Source: the human T2T-CHM13v2.0 reference genome, Homo sapiens
Strand: one strand, 5' to 3'
Length of the DNA: 64,000 nucleotides
Assembly: GCF_009914755.1 (NCBI RefSeq)
Contig: NC_060929.1
Shown here: positions 46,288 through 61,523 of the stretch, piece after piece
How positions within the stretch are numbered: the stretch's first letter is position 1
How the letters are laid out: every line of letters begins with the position of its first letter
The notes under the pieces: generated by a model
The model's database searches: none
What the model saw: the letters and a program-made list of their open reading frames with translations, nothing else
Told to the model about the DNA's origin: nothing
Position numbers and translations under genes: made by a program

Positions 46288-47215
46288 GTGAGGCAAAGCC
46301 TCGGTGGGGCACCCCCGTGGGCCTGAGATACGCAGGCCGGTGATCTCCAGCAAGGCTGACTTCTGTGACCCTTTCCCCCTTCCCCAGCATCAGGGACTCC
46401 TGCTTAAGAATATGATATTGACTTTCTTAAAGGCCTGTTACCTTTGGAGCAATTTAAACCTATAACTAATTGCTGCCTTTTGTTTATAAATGAGTGCCCT
46501 ACCTCCAAATCTCTTCATCTGACCTACAACCCACGTCAGCCTCAAAGGGCACCCTTTCTCTGAAGTGAGGATAATCTTTATTCCCTAGAATTTTGACTAC
46601 TCTGTCTTGTAATACTTCTACCTTTCTAGTCTAAATTTTTGTATACCTAACTGGTCAAAATTTTGCCAATCAGAATGCAAACTCTTTAAAGACAGGATAT
46701 CTATTTAGTAGGTTTGTGAGTCTTACAAATTATTTGTACAATGCTGCCACTTAATAGGAAATCAATATATATTTGAGTGGATTAATAGTAATATAGAGGT
46801 GCCTTATGGATATTTTATTTTTATAAAATTCAGGAGAAGAAAAGTTCTTCCTTACTATCAGTGTTTCCTAGTATTGCCCTTTAATCTGCCACCTAAGTGG
46901 CAGAGAATCACCTTCCTGAAGAGTTGACATACAGAGCCAAGACCTCACCATTAGGAGAAGCCAGCAAAGAGATAAGGTGAGGGAAAGCTGTCTAGCAGTT
47001 TATTTCATTATAAAATAAGTGTAGAGGGTAGGTTTGCAGCTTATGTTTGTTTATTGTTTTCAAAATTCACGTTTTTCCCATAAATACCCTCTGTATTGTA
47101 ATTTAACATATTTCTTTAAACTGATTATTTAAAGCAAAAGTTTCCTTTTAAACAAGTCGTTATTATCATGAATGGAAAACCAACATCACTTGGCTAGTTA
47201 AAAAATAGTGTAAGC

Positions 47216-47911
47216 CAGTGGTTCTTGACATGTGGGCCAGGGAACCACACAGGTGGGAGTTTCACTTAGACCTCTTCAGGGCATCTACAGTATTAAAACT
47301 ATTTTCAAAATAATACATTCTGTTACAGGCTTATAGGGTACAAGTAGTTCATTGATATTGTTTCAGATTCCACATTGCAACTAATCTTTAAGAAACTGCT
47401 TGTCAAGTTTTGGTGTAGTAGTATCATAAAGGAATAACCACTCATATATAAAAAGGCTATTAAAATGTTTCTTTCCATTCCAAGTTTATATCTGTGCGAA
47501 GATGGAATTACTTTGTATGCTTCAACCAAACAACACATTGCAAAGGATTTAATGCAGAAGTAAATATAAAAATCTATCCATTTCCTATTTTTTGTTTCTA
47601 TTTTTTATCTACTCCTATCACCTTAAGCCAGATATTAAAGGGAATTGGAAATAAGAATCTAAATGTCATTCTTTTTACGTTTTTTTCTTTTTTGAAAATA
47701 TAGTTGTTTTTCATAAAAGTTATGTTAACTTGTAATGTGTTTACTATTATTTTAAATCAGTTGATAAGTATAGGTTTTCTCAAGTTTAATTAATATGGTA
47801 AAGTTGATATGTGTAATTCACATAAATATAAGTTATTTTGGGTTCCTGAACAATTTTAAGAATGTAAAGAAATCCAAAACAGCAGGCGTAAGCAATATTT
47901 GAGAACCACAG
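47216..47911. mobile_element. hAT-Charlie family DNA transposon deletion derivative
   Basis: Termini cagtggttct... and ...gagaaccacag; degenerate 8-bp TSD gtgtaagc / ctgtaaga. Confidence 0.7.
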
Positions 47912-48904
47912 CTGTAAGAAATATTATTTGAGCTAGATATTGTTGGTTCACAAAGGCTAGCAAATCTGCACTCACACTCTAAGTGTTAAAAGCATATTAC
48001 CACCAAACTGAGACTTTCTTCTTAATATAAAGAAAGATTAAAAGAATATTGAAACAAATTATTTTCCTCACTATATAACTGTTATTTACTGCTGTCTGTA
48101 CATAGTTCCTATAAAAATGCATGGCCCCTTGAATGTTGTATCTCTTATACATAAAAATGATAAGTATAATGATAATTTGGGGGGAATATTCCTTCCTTGT
48201 TTTTTTCCTTTTGCTTCCACCTTTTTAATTATTTTAAATACACATATTTATTACCATTGATTTTCTGTCATTAATGTTGTAAAACTTGGACAGATACAGT
48301 CCTTCCAATATGATCCTATTGGATGACTTGGTAACATGATGTGTGTTAACAGCCAAATTCTGAACTATGGCTAATAAAAAGTGCATTCTTTAACCAGCAT
48401 CTAACATATTCATGCAGTCCAAGTCCTACATTTAGTTGGCTGCCTGGCATCCAAAGCTTGAATGATGCTAACAATGTCTGGGCAGTGTTCCGAACTCATA
48501 CTTTTTGCTTCCAGATTATGGTTTTCTTCATTATCTTGGTGAATGCTCATTTTGGCTCCCATTTTCAAACTATGTGTGACAGTGCACTGAAATTAGTTAT
48601 TTGTGCCAAGGGAGAAGAATGGGCCAAAATCATTATTTTCTTAACTGATTTGAGGTGATGCAGAAAATATTTTACTTGTAAAATTTTATTACATTGAACT
48701 ACATGAGACTTTCAAATAGTTTTGTTTTTATCTAATTCATTTATAATGAATATGTAGGTAATAATAACTTCCTTTTTGAGTCTGGAAACATTCCAAAGAA
48801 CAGTCAGGTTCTCACTGTAGAAATACAAAACATATATATATATATGTAAGTGTATATATATATATGCAAGGAACACGGTAGGGACAAAGTAGATTGCCTA
48901 AAAT

Positions 48905-49022
48905 GAACACTTAATCTCTATGAAAAGAGACTTTTCTGTCTTATTCTCCCCTATATCCTCAGTGCTAAACATCATGTGCAATATATGATGGGCACTGAAT
49001 AAGCAGTTGCCTAATGGATGAG
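48905..49022 (+). mobile_element. L2 3' end
   Basis: ctatatcctcagtgcta...gggcactgaataag...tgcctaatggatga. Confidence 0.55.
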
Positions 49023-49849
49023 CACTCTTCATGTATTATATTGCTGAACAGGTAGGTGGTAAGGATTTGGAAATTTAAGGATAATTGCTGTTTACTGACG
49101 GAACAAAGAACTGCGAAGATCTCAATTAATACTTTTATTTCCTTCCTCTCAGTAGGACATTCTCTCCACAGTAAAATGTATAAGGCCAGGGAGCGGGGGT
49201 GGGGGGAAATCACTGTAGATGGTTGTTGGTTTTAGCACGTATGGTAATTATATAAAGCAATTTTTGTCATAGCTGAATAATGATTCTTGCCTTAAAAGCA
49301 GGGAATTATTTCCTTTTTCATGCCATGTCGTTGGTTTTTCGTTTTTTATTCAATTTGGTATATTGGAAGGAAATCGATGCTTAAAAGTTTAACCCTCTAC
49401 TTTTTTTAAAAAAAATCTCTATGCTCTTTAGCAAGTCTCTTCCAATTTCAAGAAAATATGGTGCTCATGCTCATATAGTGGAGATGAGCATGAAATTTAT
49501 TATGATAGCCTTTATTTAAGCAGTCAATATTTATTCAACTGACCAGTACTGGGCACTGGGGATACAGTTTTGAGCAAAACAAACATTTCTGCTTCTATAA
49601 CACTTATATACTAGAGGAGCAGAGGGGCATTAACCAAATAATCACATAGATAAGTACATAAAGGATGCTATGAAAAGGCATTAAAATGCAGATCCTATTA
49701 ATACATATTATATAGGAAATAAAGAATATTAATTTAATTTGAATGCTTACCCAACCCTATACGCTAAGACACAACGTTAGGTTTTTTCAAAGAACCATAC
49801 TTTGTAACTGAAAGATTATTTTTGAGCTTTTACTTATCATCCTAATAGC

Positions 49850-50062
49850 TGATAGTTAATTGATAATTTATGTGTCAGATATAATACCGCATACTTTATG
49901 TGCATTTTGAAATTCTTGCAAAAACCTTCAAAGTAGGTAATATCATTCTTACTGAGGAAATTTAGGCTGAGCAAGTTTAAATAACTTGCCCAAGCGTGCA
50001 CATACAGGACCTGCCCAAACCCAGCTCTGCTGGAACTTACCTAACATGTTCAACCATCATGC
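49850..50062 (-). mobile_element. MIR
   Basis: tgaggaaatttaggctgagcaagtttaaataacttgcccaag MIR core. Confidence 0.65.
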
Positions 50063-53030
50063 TGCTTCCTGTGATCATTTAAAGTAACCAATTTAAAGCG
50101 ATATTGCACATAAAGATGGCTAGCTTATTTATGGAGAAAAATAAAGTGGATAGTATATGCCCAGTGCCTTTCTGTTTAAAACACATGATTTTGTTGGATG
50201 TTAAACCTCCAAATTTTACCTTTTTGAAAAGTGAGTTAACATTTATTGATCATCATATTTGTGCCAAGGTGAAATAATTTTGTTTCCTACCTCAACTCCC
50301 TGCATTCCTTCCCTCATCCAAAGATTTTCCTGATTTACTACACATAGTCAGGGAATGGTAATATTTTAAAGAAACGTCTGTTAATATGGTCACACATATT
50401 TCCACCTTAGTGGAGCAAGTCACTAATGATTTATGCATGTGACTTTAATCACCATTTCTCTTTTGTCTGGTTACTTAAGAATATGAGTTGTTTTCTTTTT
50501 CTCCTAGAAGTCTTGTGGTACCAGCCCTATTTACAAAATTATAAAACATCCATAGAAATCACTTAATTTAAGCAAAACCAGGAGTACTTTTGACTATTTA
50601 ACCATTTATGTATTTAGTGACTGTCACTAATTCAGTAAATATTATTTACCACCTATTGGGTGCCATTACTAAGCTCTGTGATGAGGGTTAGTAGTGCACA
50701 AGGAAAGTCCCTGCATTCATGGAACTTCCATTATAATTGTTCATATCTCCTTGGAAAGTGGAGTTTTCCTAACATGTGTAAATTGTCCTGGTTTGCCATT
50801 ATTTATTTAGCTAGTCAGTGTATATCAAATGTTTTCTATATAAAGAGACCCAGAAACTTGGAAATGTATTTAACAAGTACTAGTTCGCAAGTAATGAATA
50901 TTTTTTTGCAAAGGTGAAACTTCCCTTCACAAAATGTTTACTCATACACCTAAAATATTTTAAAGTGTCAAGTTAGTTTGCTATGTGGTCAAGTGCCAAA
51001 ATACCAAGATGATGACATAACTGATATGTCAGGGATCATAATCCCTGATATGATTATCATATCATAAGTGAAGTGATAATAGAATGCTCTGTTTTTAAGT
51101 GATATTTGTTATGTGTGCAGTTCTGGGAGGTAAAAGTGGAGATGTACTAGTTTGTTGGGGGCGTTGAGGCCAGAGCAATGCTTGCTCATGTAATGCCACA
51201 TATAGACATTGATATCTATACGGGGTAAATGTATGAGACTACCTGCCCTGATACTATCCACCTTAGACACTGCCTAGTGATCTCAAGAGCTGAGGAGATC
51301 TTTGCTTCACCACATCAATAGCCATTTGCTTGTATGACACCCTGGCTCAGGAGATTTGTAGGACAATGCTGAATGTGGACTATGTAAAGTAGTTTGACAA
51401 GTTATCATATGGGCCACCTTTAAGCCCACACAAATCTGTTTCTGATAAATTTGAATGACTGTTATATCTCTCAAACTTCTGAATATTAGGGCTTCAAAGA
51501 TAATAAAGACATCATATTTGTGTTCAAGGAGCTTATCTAGTGAAGGAGTACCACTGCTTTTTGTGGTAATAAACTAAACTTTTGGGAATGTGGCAGCAAG
51601 AGCTGAAGCTATTTGGAGAAGGCTGCTCTTAAATATCATTCCTGTTAGACAAAGCCATCTGAAAAGCCACTTCATAACATAACAAAAACTATTATATTTT
51701 TGTAGAAGACTAAATATTTATCTCTAATCAGCATAAATCTTTTACAAACTTGCCCTGTAACTGAATCTATTTTCAGTTGACCTTTTCTGCTTGGATATAT
51801 TTCATTTCACTCTTAACTGTGCAGGCAGGGAGAAGTATTGGATGAGAGCTGTAGAAAGGGGTCCATTTAAGAATGAACTATCCAGTCTTGTTTAAATGCC
51901 ATTAGTGGGGAAAGAGCAAGTACAGAAGGAAATATTGAAGATATGGGAAAGGAAGATACCTAAGAAGACATTAAGGAGGGAATCTAAATAAAGCTCTTGT
52001 CATAGGACAGGAGAGAGATTTTCCATTGAAATGTTCCCATTTCCATGCCTTTCATTCTCTCTTATGCTTTTTGTAGTCTGGCTTCTAATTCTACCACTCT
52101 AGAATTACTCATGCAGAAGATGGTTAATAAGCACATTGTCTCAGTTTCATGGATATTTTCCCCTTTTCTGTAGCACTCAGTGCACTGGTTCTTACTTTGA
52201 CTTCTGAGACATCTCTTCTGATTTTCTTCTTACCTCCTTGAGTATTTCTTGCCTAGCTTCTTCATGAATTTCTTATTCCATGAACTCTTCTTCCTAATTA
52301 GGACTCTTCTACAAGCTAATGTCTGGAGAGCAGGGCCTCTGTCTTACTCATCTTTGGTCCCTAAAGGCCCAATCTGATTCCTAGAATACAACGAGATGCA
52401 TTGAATTTTTGTGGAAGAGAATGACTTTCACCTCCCAACTGACAGTGTTTTCTGGGCCCTGCTTTCACTGTCCATGTTCCCTGGGTGATCCATCCAAAAT
52501 TCATTTCCTTAATGGCCACCTCTAAGCTGTTAATTACTTTCTGAGTTACAGACATGTATAGCCAGCCAACTTCTTACGGGATAGATGATTCAGACTTGTT
52601 TTCAAGTTTAAGCTTGAAACAGTATTTTTATCCCTGGACAAATCTTGCTGTACTCTCTTTATAAGGAGAATAACACCATCATCTACACAGTTTCTCAAAC
52701 TAGAAACCTAAGTCATCCCATGTCTCTCTTTTGCTTACCATTCACATACAGTCATCCAATTTCAATTGCTAAATATTTCTTGACTATATTGCTGCTTTAT
52801 GAGCTCAATTGACCTTACATTAGTTTAGGTTCACATCACTAGATTATTGTGCTATTGTTTCTAACTTTTCTCCACTTCACCTGTCTCTCTTTCAATTTAC
52901 CTTCAACACTGAACAGATGGTGTTCCCTCTGAGATGTAAATCTATCATACTATGTGTGTGCTTATAATCCTTTATTGCTACACTGTCCAATATGGTAGCC
53001 AGTAGGTACAGGTGGCTATTTAAAAACTTA

Positions 53031-53421
<391 letters not shown>

Positions 53422-53470
53422 AAGTTAATGAAAAATAAAATGTAAAATTCCAGTCCATTAGATATACTAG

Positions 53471-53739
<269 letters not shown>

Positions 53740-53915
53740 AACTAGCCACATTTTGAGGGCTAAATAATCACATGTTGTTAGTGGCAACTGTATTGGACAG
53801 AACAATGCAGAATATGTCCATCACTGCAGAAAGTTCTATTGGGTAGCACAATTCTATGGCATTTCATGGGATCAATGTTCATACTCTTTAGTATTTAATT
53901 AGCTCCTTAATCAGA

Positions 53916-54058
53916 TTTTTTGGTGTTTTTGACATGGAGTCTCCCTCTGTCACCCAGGCTGGAGGGGAGTGGCACAGTCTTAGCTCACTGCAACCTCCAC
54001 CTCATGGATTCAGACGATTCTCCTGCCTCAGCCTCCCCGAGTGGCTGGGACTACCGGC
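53916..54058 (-). mobile_element. Alu right-arm fragment
   Basis: gacatggagtctccctctgtcacccaggctgg...gctgggactac. Confidence 0.85.
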
Positions 54059-54401
54059 CATCATTTTTTATTTTATCTTGTCTTCCAGTCTCTAGTGAAC
54101 TATATTTTTATGCAAGTACATTTTTCAAGGATGGAATTCTTTGCATTCTTTCTTTATTCTCTTGTTTAACTCCTGGTTGTCTTTGAAGATGAAATGGAAC
54201 ATGTACTCTACTGGGAAATCTCTGTGATTCCAGACCATTTTGAGAATACCTGTGTTATGACATTATTTCCAGGGGACTATAATAGGTGGTTCTGTTTCTG
54301 TCTTCTTTTCTACACTGTTTGCTTTTTATACCTTATTTAGAAAATAGTAGATTTTCACGTTTTCTGAATTAATATCAAAAGGAAATAAGAAATAATGTAT
54401 C

Positions 54402-54835
54402 AGGCTGGGCATGGTGGCTTATGCCTGTAATCCCAGCATTTTGGGATTCTGAGGCAGGCAAACTGCTTGAATCCAGGGGTTGAGACCAGCCTGGGCAATA
54501 TAGTGAGACTTCATCCCTACTAAAATGAAAAAAAGAAAAAATTAGCTAGTTGTGGTGACCTGTGGCCCCAGCTACTCAAGAAACTGAAGTGAATCACTGG
54601 AGTCCAGGAAGTCAAGGTCGTACCCCTGCATTTGTACCCCTGCATCCCGGAAACAGTTGAGGCCAAGGTCATACCCCTGCATTTGTACCCCTGCATTTGT
54701 ACTCCTGCATCCTCAAACAGATGAGATCCTGGAGAGAGAGAGAGAGAGAGAGAGAGATCGAGAGACAGAGAGAGAAGGAGAGGAGAGAGAGGGGGAAAAG
54801 AGGAGAAAGAAAGATAAAGGAAAAGAATAAAAAAG
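54402..54835 (+). mobile_element. AluJ with rearranged right arm and (GA)n purine-rich tail
   Basis: aggctgggcatggtggcttatgcctgtaatcccagc...; tacccctgcat repeats at about 54620-54710; (GA)n from 54731. Confidence 0.85.
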
Positions 54836-57800
54836 AAATAATGTATGTGAAATCAAAACATGTAAATGAAGATTAAAAATGTGAGGTAGCTGTGTGAGAG
54901 TGGTGTTAACATCAATCCTGCAATAATGTAGTCATTTTAACTCATTTCAATTCCATACTGGAGCCTCATGATATATGCTTGTGCAGAGAAGTCAGTTTTT
55001 TTAACAGGTGTATATTTGCATGTATTTACCCAAGATAATGTGCAGATTATTCACCAGTGTATATCTAACATGACTGCAGTCCTCAGGGTATTAGAGTACA
55101 ACCAGAAAATGCATTCCTCTGTAATTGATAGAGGTTGAATGTGGGACAAAATGGAGAAACTAGATTGAGATGCTTCTGGTTAGTTATTGCAAAGTTTTTC
55201 TGAAAACAAAATCAATAGCATTTGAACATTACTATCAACTGGTAGCAATGCTCAGGTGGTATCTACCAATACACTCTACCAGTGTTTCTGGACCCATTGC
55301 TACAGCAAGCGTCTATTCTGACTAGATGGTCCTTATGCCCTGCCAGTTGTTAAATAGCTAAATATCTTGAGTATCACCTCTACTCCTACACTTCAAAGTT
55401 CCTGAGTTCTTTTGTCATGATCTCCAGTGCCCATTGTAGTATTTCTCTTCTATATTATTGCATTTGATTCTAATTTTATCTTTGGTGAAGACTACATTTA
55501 AAAAATTACTTAGGTTTGATCTTTTCTAAAATATGAGAAATATGGTAAAATGTTGAAATTGGGTTGAAAGATATGTTGGTAATTTGCATTGTTCAGTATG
55601 ATATAAAACATATCTAGAGAAATACTTAAATCATAAATTGAGAATCTTATAGTAATTGAAGTTACTTTCTTAAGAAATCAGGTTTTCCTTGGCGTTTTTG
55701 GATAGATTTTTATTGCTATATTCTTTAATAATCCTTTTTTTTTCTGGAAGAAGAAAGTGGTATAGAGTTGAAAATTCATAGAACATGAAGATATTGACTG
55801 TTGTGAGATTTTGGTTGGCATGTAATGTCAATTCTTTCTGTGTAGCCAAACTGTATTATGTTTTTGTAATGTAAAAGGGGTAATATATACTATGGTTTGA
55901 CTTTAGTTATACTGTAATTTTATGTATTCACCAGTTATCTCAATAGTAAAGCAAAACATCCAAAAGATAAAACTGTCTCTATGTTTCTATGCTAATTAAT
56001 TTACATACATATGAGTATATGTGTAATTTTCCATGCATGCCTTTATTCCTCTAGTTAATATGATAGTTTTAGTTTTAACTTTCTTTTATTACTGAAATCT
56101 ATAGAACATAAATTCACATTATTAATATATGTTACATGTTAATAAAACACATGACATAATTATAACCTTGTGTTATCACTTATAATTGTTTAAAGGAACT
56201 ATTATTTTTCCTGTCATTATGTATACTGTAGACACCTTAAATTTATATAGATGTATACAAAAAACCTTATAAAATTATTTGATAAGTGTTATTTCAGCCT
56301 CAACTCTGAGGTGAGTAGATAATTTTTCAAATTAGGAAACTGATATGAGAAGCTACGTATTTTAATCAGGATAGTACAAGCTACAGTTGAACAAACAACT
56401 TCAATCTAAATGACTTAATACAATAAAATTCTATTTTTCCTTTAAGAAAATTCAGCTGCAGATTTGGGCTATCCTCCAACACAGTTGTCCTCCATGTGGT
56501 AACAGCAATTTAGCTGGCTTTAATGTTTGGTCTTGCCATGCCAACATATGTCCTTCACAGTTGTCAGAGCTTGGTGAGAGACACCAGAGAATGCACAGGA
56601 GCTTTCAAATGCCTTAACCTAGAAAAGGCACAGTTACATCTGTTCATGTTTTATTGACCAGTCCTAGTCATGAGCCTACTATGGGAAGTGAGTAGGTACT
56701 ATGTGTGGGGAGGCAGGGGGAGGGAGGTCAAGATTTGATGAACACTAATAATATCTACCGTATGAAGTGATAGACCAAAGGTCATATTGCTGGAAGAGTG
56801 CCCAAGCTCCTGAAGAACTCAGATTTGGAACTCTACTTTTGCCATCTCTTCTACATTATTCAGTGAGTTCTTGAAGTAATTGATTGATTATATTTTTACT
56901 CTTTCATTGGTATGAATTTGCATCTTACCAAATAGTAAAACAAATTTCTATTGAGCCTGGAAATAATACACAGTAAATACTTTTGCCATTAGCTTGAGCT
57001 GCACTATCTCCCTGTGCTATCTTATAAGTTATATGCACTATACCAGATACACATTGATACCCATTGCAAAACTATCCCAATTCTTCAAAAAGTGATGCTG
57101 CCATAAACAGTCAACGAAATGCATCTACTCATTAATTACCTGTTCTTATTTTCTTCTCACTGTCGACTGCTTACTGTGTATATTTTTTTCTATCCTATAG
57201 CTTCTGGCTTCTCTTGAGTTTTTGTTTTCTTGTGATCTACTATGACTTGTCATTCTCTTTATTCTATATAATGTTATTTTGACTCCTTTAGTCTTTATCA
57301 CCCATTAAAACTGCCTCATGTTCCTGTGTGCATATATATGTGCATATTTTCTTCCATATTGACTTCCCAAAGTTGATATTCTGATGGTTTATCTTATCTT
57401 TGTAGGCTAGGCCACATCATCCATCACAATCTAGCCTAGGGATTGACAGTCCTAGTTTAGAAAGTTGCTCATCCCAGGCTTGTGTTAGTTTTCAGTGGGA
57501 ATAAGTGATTTTTCATGGTAGAAAACATGATTAACCATTTCTGTCCATTCATAAAAAAAAGTATGAGTGGAGTAGTTTTTCTGAGGACTAGGGACAGTGG
57601 ACATGACAGATTGCATGATATGTCTTGTACATTGTTTTAACAATGTAGATTTCCATATTTTTAATGGTGGGATCCTAATATATAAACTAACTAAAAGCAA
57701 CAATGCACTGATTGGCCACACCTCCACAGAAACCTAGGACACTGAAGAGCCCAGTTTGAAAACAGTCATGTTTTTCAATTTGGGCTGCCAAATCTCTGAG

Positions 57801-58904
57801 AGAATGTGATGGAAATTATATGATGATCTGCAAGGAGATGGGAAAACTGTGCTAAGCTGAGAAAACAAGTATAAAATGAAGCTATGAAAAGTTAGTGAGC
57901 TTTTTGGTGGCAATGTTATTTTAGATTGAAAATTGCTGATGAAACATTTGATTGGTTTATTCAAAGTGGACGGATTGCTGATAGAACCCGCCTGAAAGAT
58001 TCTTAAAGGGTATCACTATGAGTATATACATCCAGATGATATACAGTAGCAGTGTGGCTCAGAGAAACTAATATGTTAAGTGTCCTTATCATTTAGGAGG
58101 TTTTTAGCTATAAATAATAAAATATCCAATTAAAAGTGAGTTAAACACAAGGAAATATTTTTTTTTTGTCATTTACTTATCATGTATATGAATAGGCCTA
58201 GGTTTGGTTCACTGGCTTTGGGAGATTATTAAGAATTCCATATTTTTCCACTCTTGCCTTTCTATAGGATGGCTGCCTCTGCTCTAAATATTCTGCTCTC
58301 ACTCAATAGTATCTTAAGCAGGAAGGAGGGAAGGGACTATGAACGGAAGACTTCTGTATGCTTTTGTTTTGTTTTATAATCAGGGAGAAAAATCTTTCCT
58401 GGAAACCCCACTAACAGAGACATCCCCTTCTATCTCATTTGTCCGAACTGCTTCATCTGCTTACTCCTAGACAATGGCTGGCAAAAGGAAAATTATATTT
58501 TCATGATTGGTTTGAATCAATTATTATGGCCATTATGTACTCCTTAGGGCTGGGCTCAATTGCTCTCTAAACAAAATCATGGTTCTGTTAAGCCAGAAGA
58601 AGAAAGTTGCCTCTAAACAAAGCAGATTCTATTACAGTGATCAAAATTAAGAGAGAGATTCATCAGAACAACAACTAATCAAAACAACATAATTGTACTT
58701 GTTAATGCAAGTAGCTGCCAAGTTATTATTATTATTATTACTACATAAGGATGAACTAGAAAATATGGCTCAACTAAAACAATTATCTAGTTTGGTATAA
58801 TGTGAGATAGTTGTTTTGAAGATTAGCAGGCTGTTTTCACCTAATTTTTTGACCTTCATTAAAATTACTTAGATTCATTAGGAATACAATTTGTCTCAAT
58901 ATTT

Positions 58905-59110
58905 TAAAACTCAGACTCAGTAGTCAGCTTACTCGTGTATGAATCTTAGCTCTACCATTCACTGTCCCACATTTAATTTTCTCTACTTTGTGCCTTTCTG
59001 TGGATGAAATGAAGGTACTTAAGCTATAGGATTGTTATGAGAATCAGATAATATTTATGAGTTGTTTAGCTTAATGCCTGGCATATGTGCATGCGCAGAA
59101 CATCAGCTCT
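58905..59110 (+). mobile_element. MIR
   Basis: gaatcttagctctaccatt...ataggattgttatgagaat...atgcctggcat. Confidence 0.55.
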
Positions 59111-60814
59111 TCATAATCGCATGCTTTTACATCTAGAATTCAAATTACAATTTATCTGAGGAGTTTTACTATAATGTTTTTAATACCTCTGTCTCATAAA
59201 CTATTAATACTATCACTATTTTCATTTTTATACTTTAATTTTCTCACTTATGAAATAGAAGCTTTAAATATGTATACAAATATTGTTATGTATTATAAAT
59301 ATATGTATATTTGTATTATGTATAACTTAAATCTCTCTCTGTATTTATATATACGTATATGTATCTATGTATATACCTCTGTGGTACCTAACTGCTAAAG
59401 CTATAATCAGCAAGATGGTAGAACTGACAGGGCTGTAGATAGAGTCAGTGTAAGGGGAATAAAAGGAGATTATAGGATAATTCTGAAAGGGTTGGTCATA
59501 GAACCAGTGAGAGGCTACAAAGGATGAATCTTGGGGGTACTGAACTGTAGATAGAACTTTAAGGTTGATTGGGAAATAAATCCATGCTGAACTTTTAGAA
59601 ATGGAGGTCAGAAGAATTACCAAGTCTCACATCCTGAGCCTTAGGTCCTAAAAGGGAAGACAAAGAAATCCATGTCAAGACAAAGAGGAGATATGACAAG
59701 GAAACTATGTGTTACATACTTTCATATGGAATACTTCAAAGCCAAACTATATAACGTTGATTTAGGATTTACTTTACCTGGGGGTGTCTGCCAACATGCC
59801 TTCAACAGGAGACAAACATAATCACAGGAAGTGATTGTATGTACTGAATTACAAGGAGTTGGGAGAGAAAAGGTATCTATCAAGGAAAACAAGGTTGCAG
59901 TGTCCTGAACATACATGAACACGCTTTTGATTTTTTTTTTTTTTTTGACCTTTGGGTGTTAGCAGTAAACACTTCATTAGAATTCAGCAGTAGCAGTATA
60001 CCTCGTTGAAGGAACTTTCTAGTTAAGGATGCACGTGGTCGAGATTGTGGTAGGGGCAGAGCTGGATAACTGTCAAGCTAATAGAGAGGGTTTTTTTAAA
60101 AATATGAAAAAATGCTAAAGGAATTCAAAACTACAATAATCTGCGAACTTCAACATGGAGTCATATACATTTTAATAGCTCCTGAGAGTTTATATCAAAG
60201 TCACTAATTATAATGATCCTGAGAGGTTAAAAAGAGACTTTTAAAATATCTCATTTTCTTCTGTATAGGATGGCAGGAATATCTTTAGCATTGAATACAG
60301 TTCTATATAGAATGCTGAGAAGTTAAAAGTAGTACAAAAAGCCAGTTTGGCTTTTGAAAGGATAAACTTCAGTTATTCATAGTGTATATGAGGAAAACTG
60401 TGTTTTTAGAATATGGTAAATTTGCATACCAAAAGGACAAAAATAAAACTCAGCATAGGATACAAACTAAATATTAGGGATTCTAGTTGGGTTAGAGTAT
60501 GACAGTTGCCTGGATCATGCCTAAAACATCCTAAATGAAATCTTAGAGCTCCTGATGTGAGTACATGTTTAATATATTTAAATATTCCAGTACTTTATTT
60601 TTTTGTCCTGAGTCAGAAAGCTGTTGCCTCCAGAGGTCCATATTACGATTTTAAATTTGGCTAGCTCCCTTAGATTTTGTTGTGGTATGTATCTGGAAAT
60701 GATGTTCTTTCAGGCTTGTTTTATTCCAAGGGTGATAATTTATATATAAAAATTTAGATATCTTTCTTATACAGAGAAAATGGAAGATATATTGCCAATC
60801 TATATATTTTACTC

Positions 60815-61520
60815 AATTAATTTGTTTAGCAATATTTATCAGGCATCAACTTTATGACAGAAGTTGTGTGCTGTGGCTACTGTGGTGAGTAAGAACAGAT
60901 ACAGCTCCTGCTCTCATGGAATCAAATGTCTGGTAGGGATGACAAATAGTTACTTAAATAAGTATACAAGTGAACTTTTCATAAGCACTTTAAAGGACAT
61001 GTATATAGTTTCAGTGGAAGCCAATAGTAGAGGTTTGTGACCTAGTTAGGTAGAACAGAAAAGGGTTTCCTGAGGAAGTTATATTTAAGCTGACAGCTGA
61101 AAGATGAGCAGGCATTCACACAGCAGTATTGTGGTAGGTGAGAGAAGACTGTGAGGCCAATGGCAGAGAAAGCATGGCCATCATGAGGAACTGAGAGAAG
61201 GCTGTGCGGCTGGAGTTCAGAACCTGGAGTGGAATGTGGAGCAAAGAACAAGATGAGGCTAAAAATGAAAGATGAGCCATCCTGTGCTCATCTTTGTAGG
61301 CCATATATTATAGACTGATTACTTAATGTTGAGTAATAGGAAACCATTGAAGGTTTTAGAGAATGAAGGGAAGGTTAATGGATAGCCGGAGTAGGCAGAG
61401 ATAGTGAATTAGGAAGCTATTTTAGTCAGCAGAGGAAGAGATGATAGGATAGCAGTGGTATGGTAAGCAATATAAATGAATTTAAATTATTTTTAGGAAG
61501 TACAATCAATAATACCTTGT
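60815..61520 (-). mobile_element. L2 fragment
   Basis: cctgctctcatggaa, gggtttcctgaggaagt...tttaagctga and ggaaaccattgaaggtttt motifs. Confidence 0.65.
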
Positions 61521-61523
61521 GAT

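Larger units (their letters stand above)
45540..46345. promoter_or_regulatory. FAM174A: CpG island spanning the FAM174A promoter and exon 1
   Basis: Abrupt GC- and CpG-rich stretch in otherwise CpG-depleted AT-rich DNA. Confidence 0.92.

Noticed and set aside
45631-46390. Antisense and alternate-frame ORFs over exon 1 (159, 126, 71 and 68 aa)
   Set aside because: Expected stop-codon scarcity in a GC-rich CpG island; several use non-ATG starts; no recognisable domains.
49464-49492. 10-bp inverted repeat tcatgctcat...atgagcatga
   Set aside because: Short enough to arise by chance in 64 kb; no supporting context.
55130-58620. Probable further ancient DNA transposon and MLT1 fragments
   Set aside because: Too degenerate to assign family or boundaries by eye.
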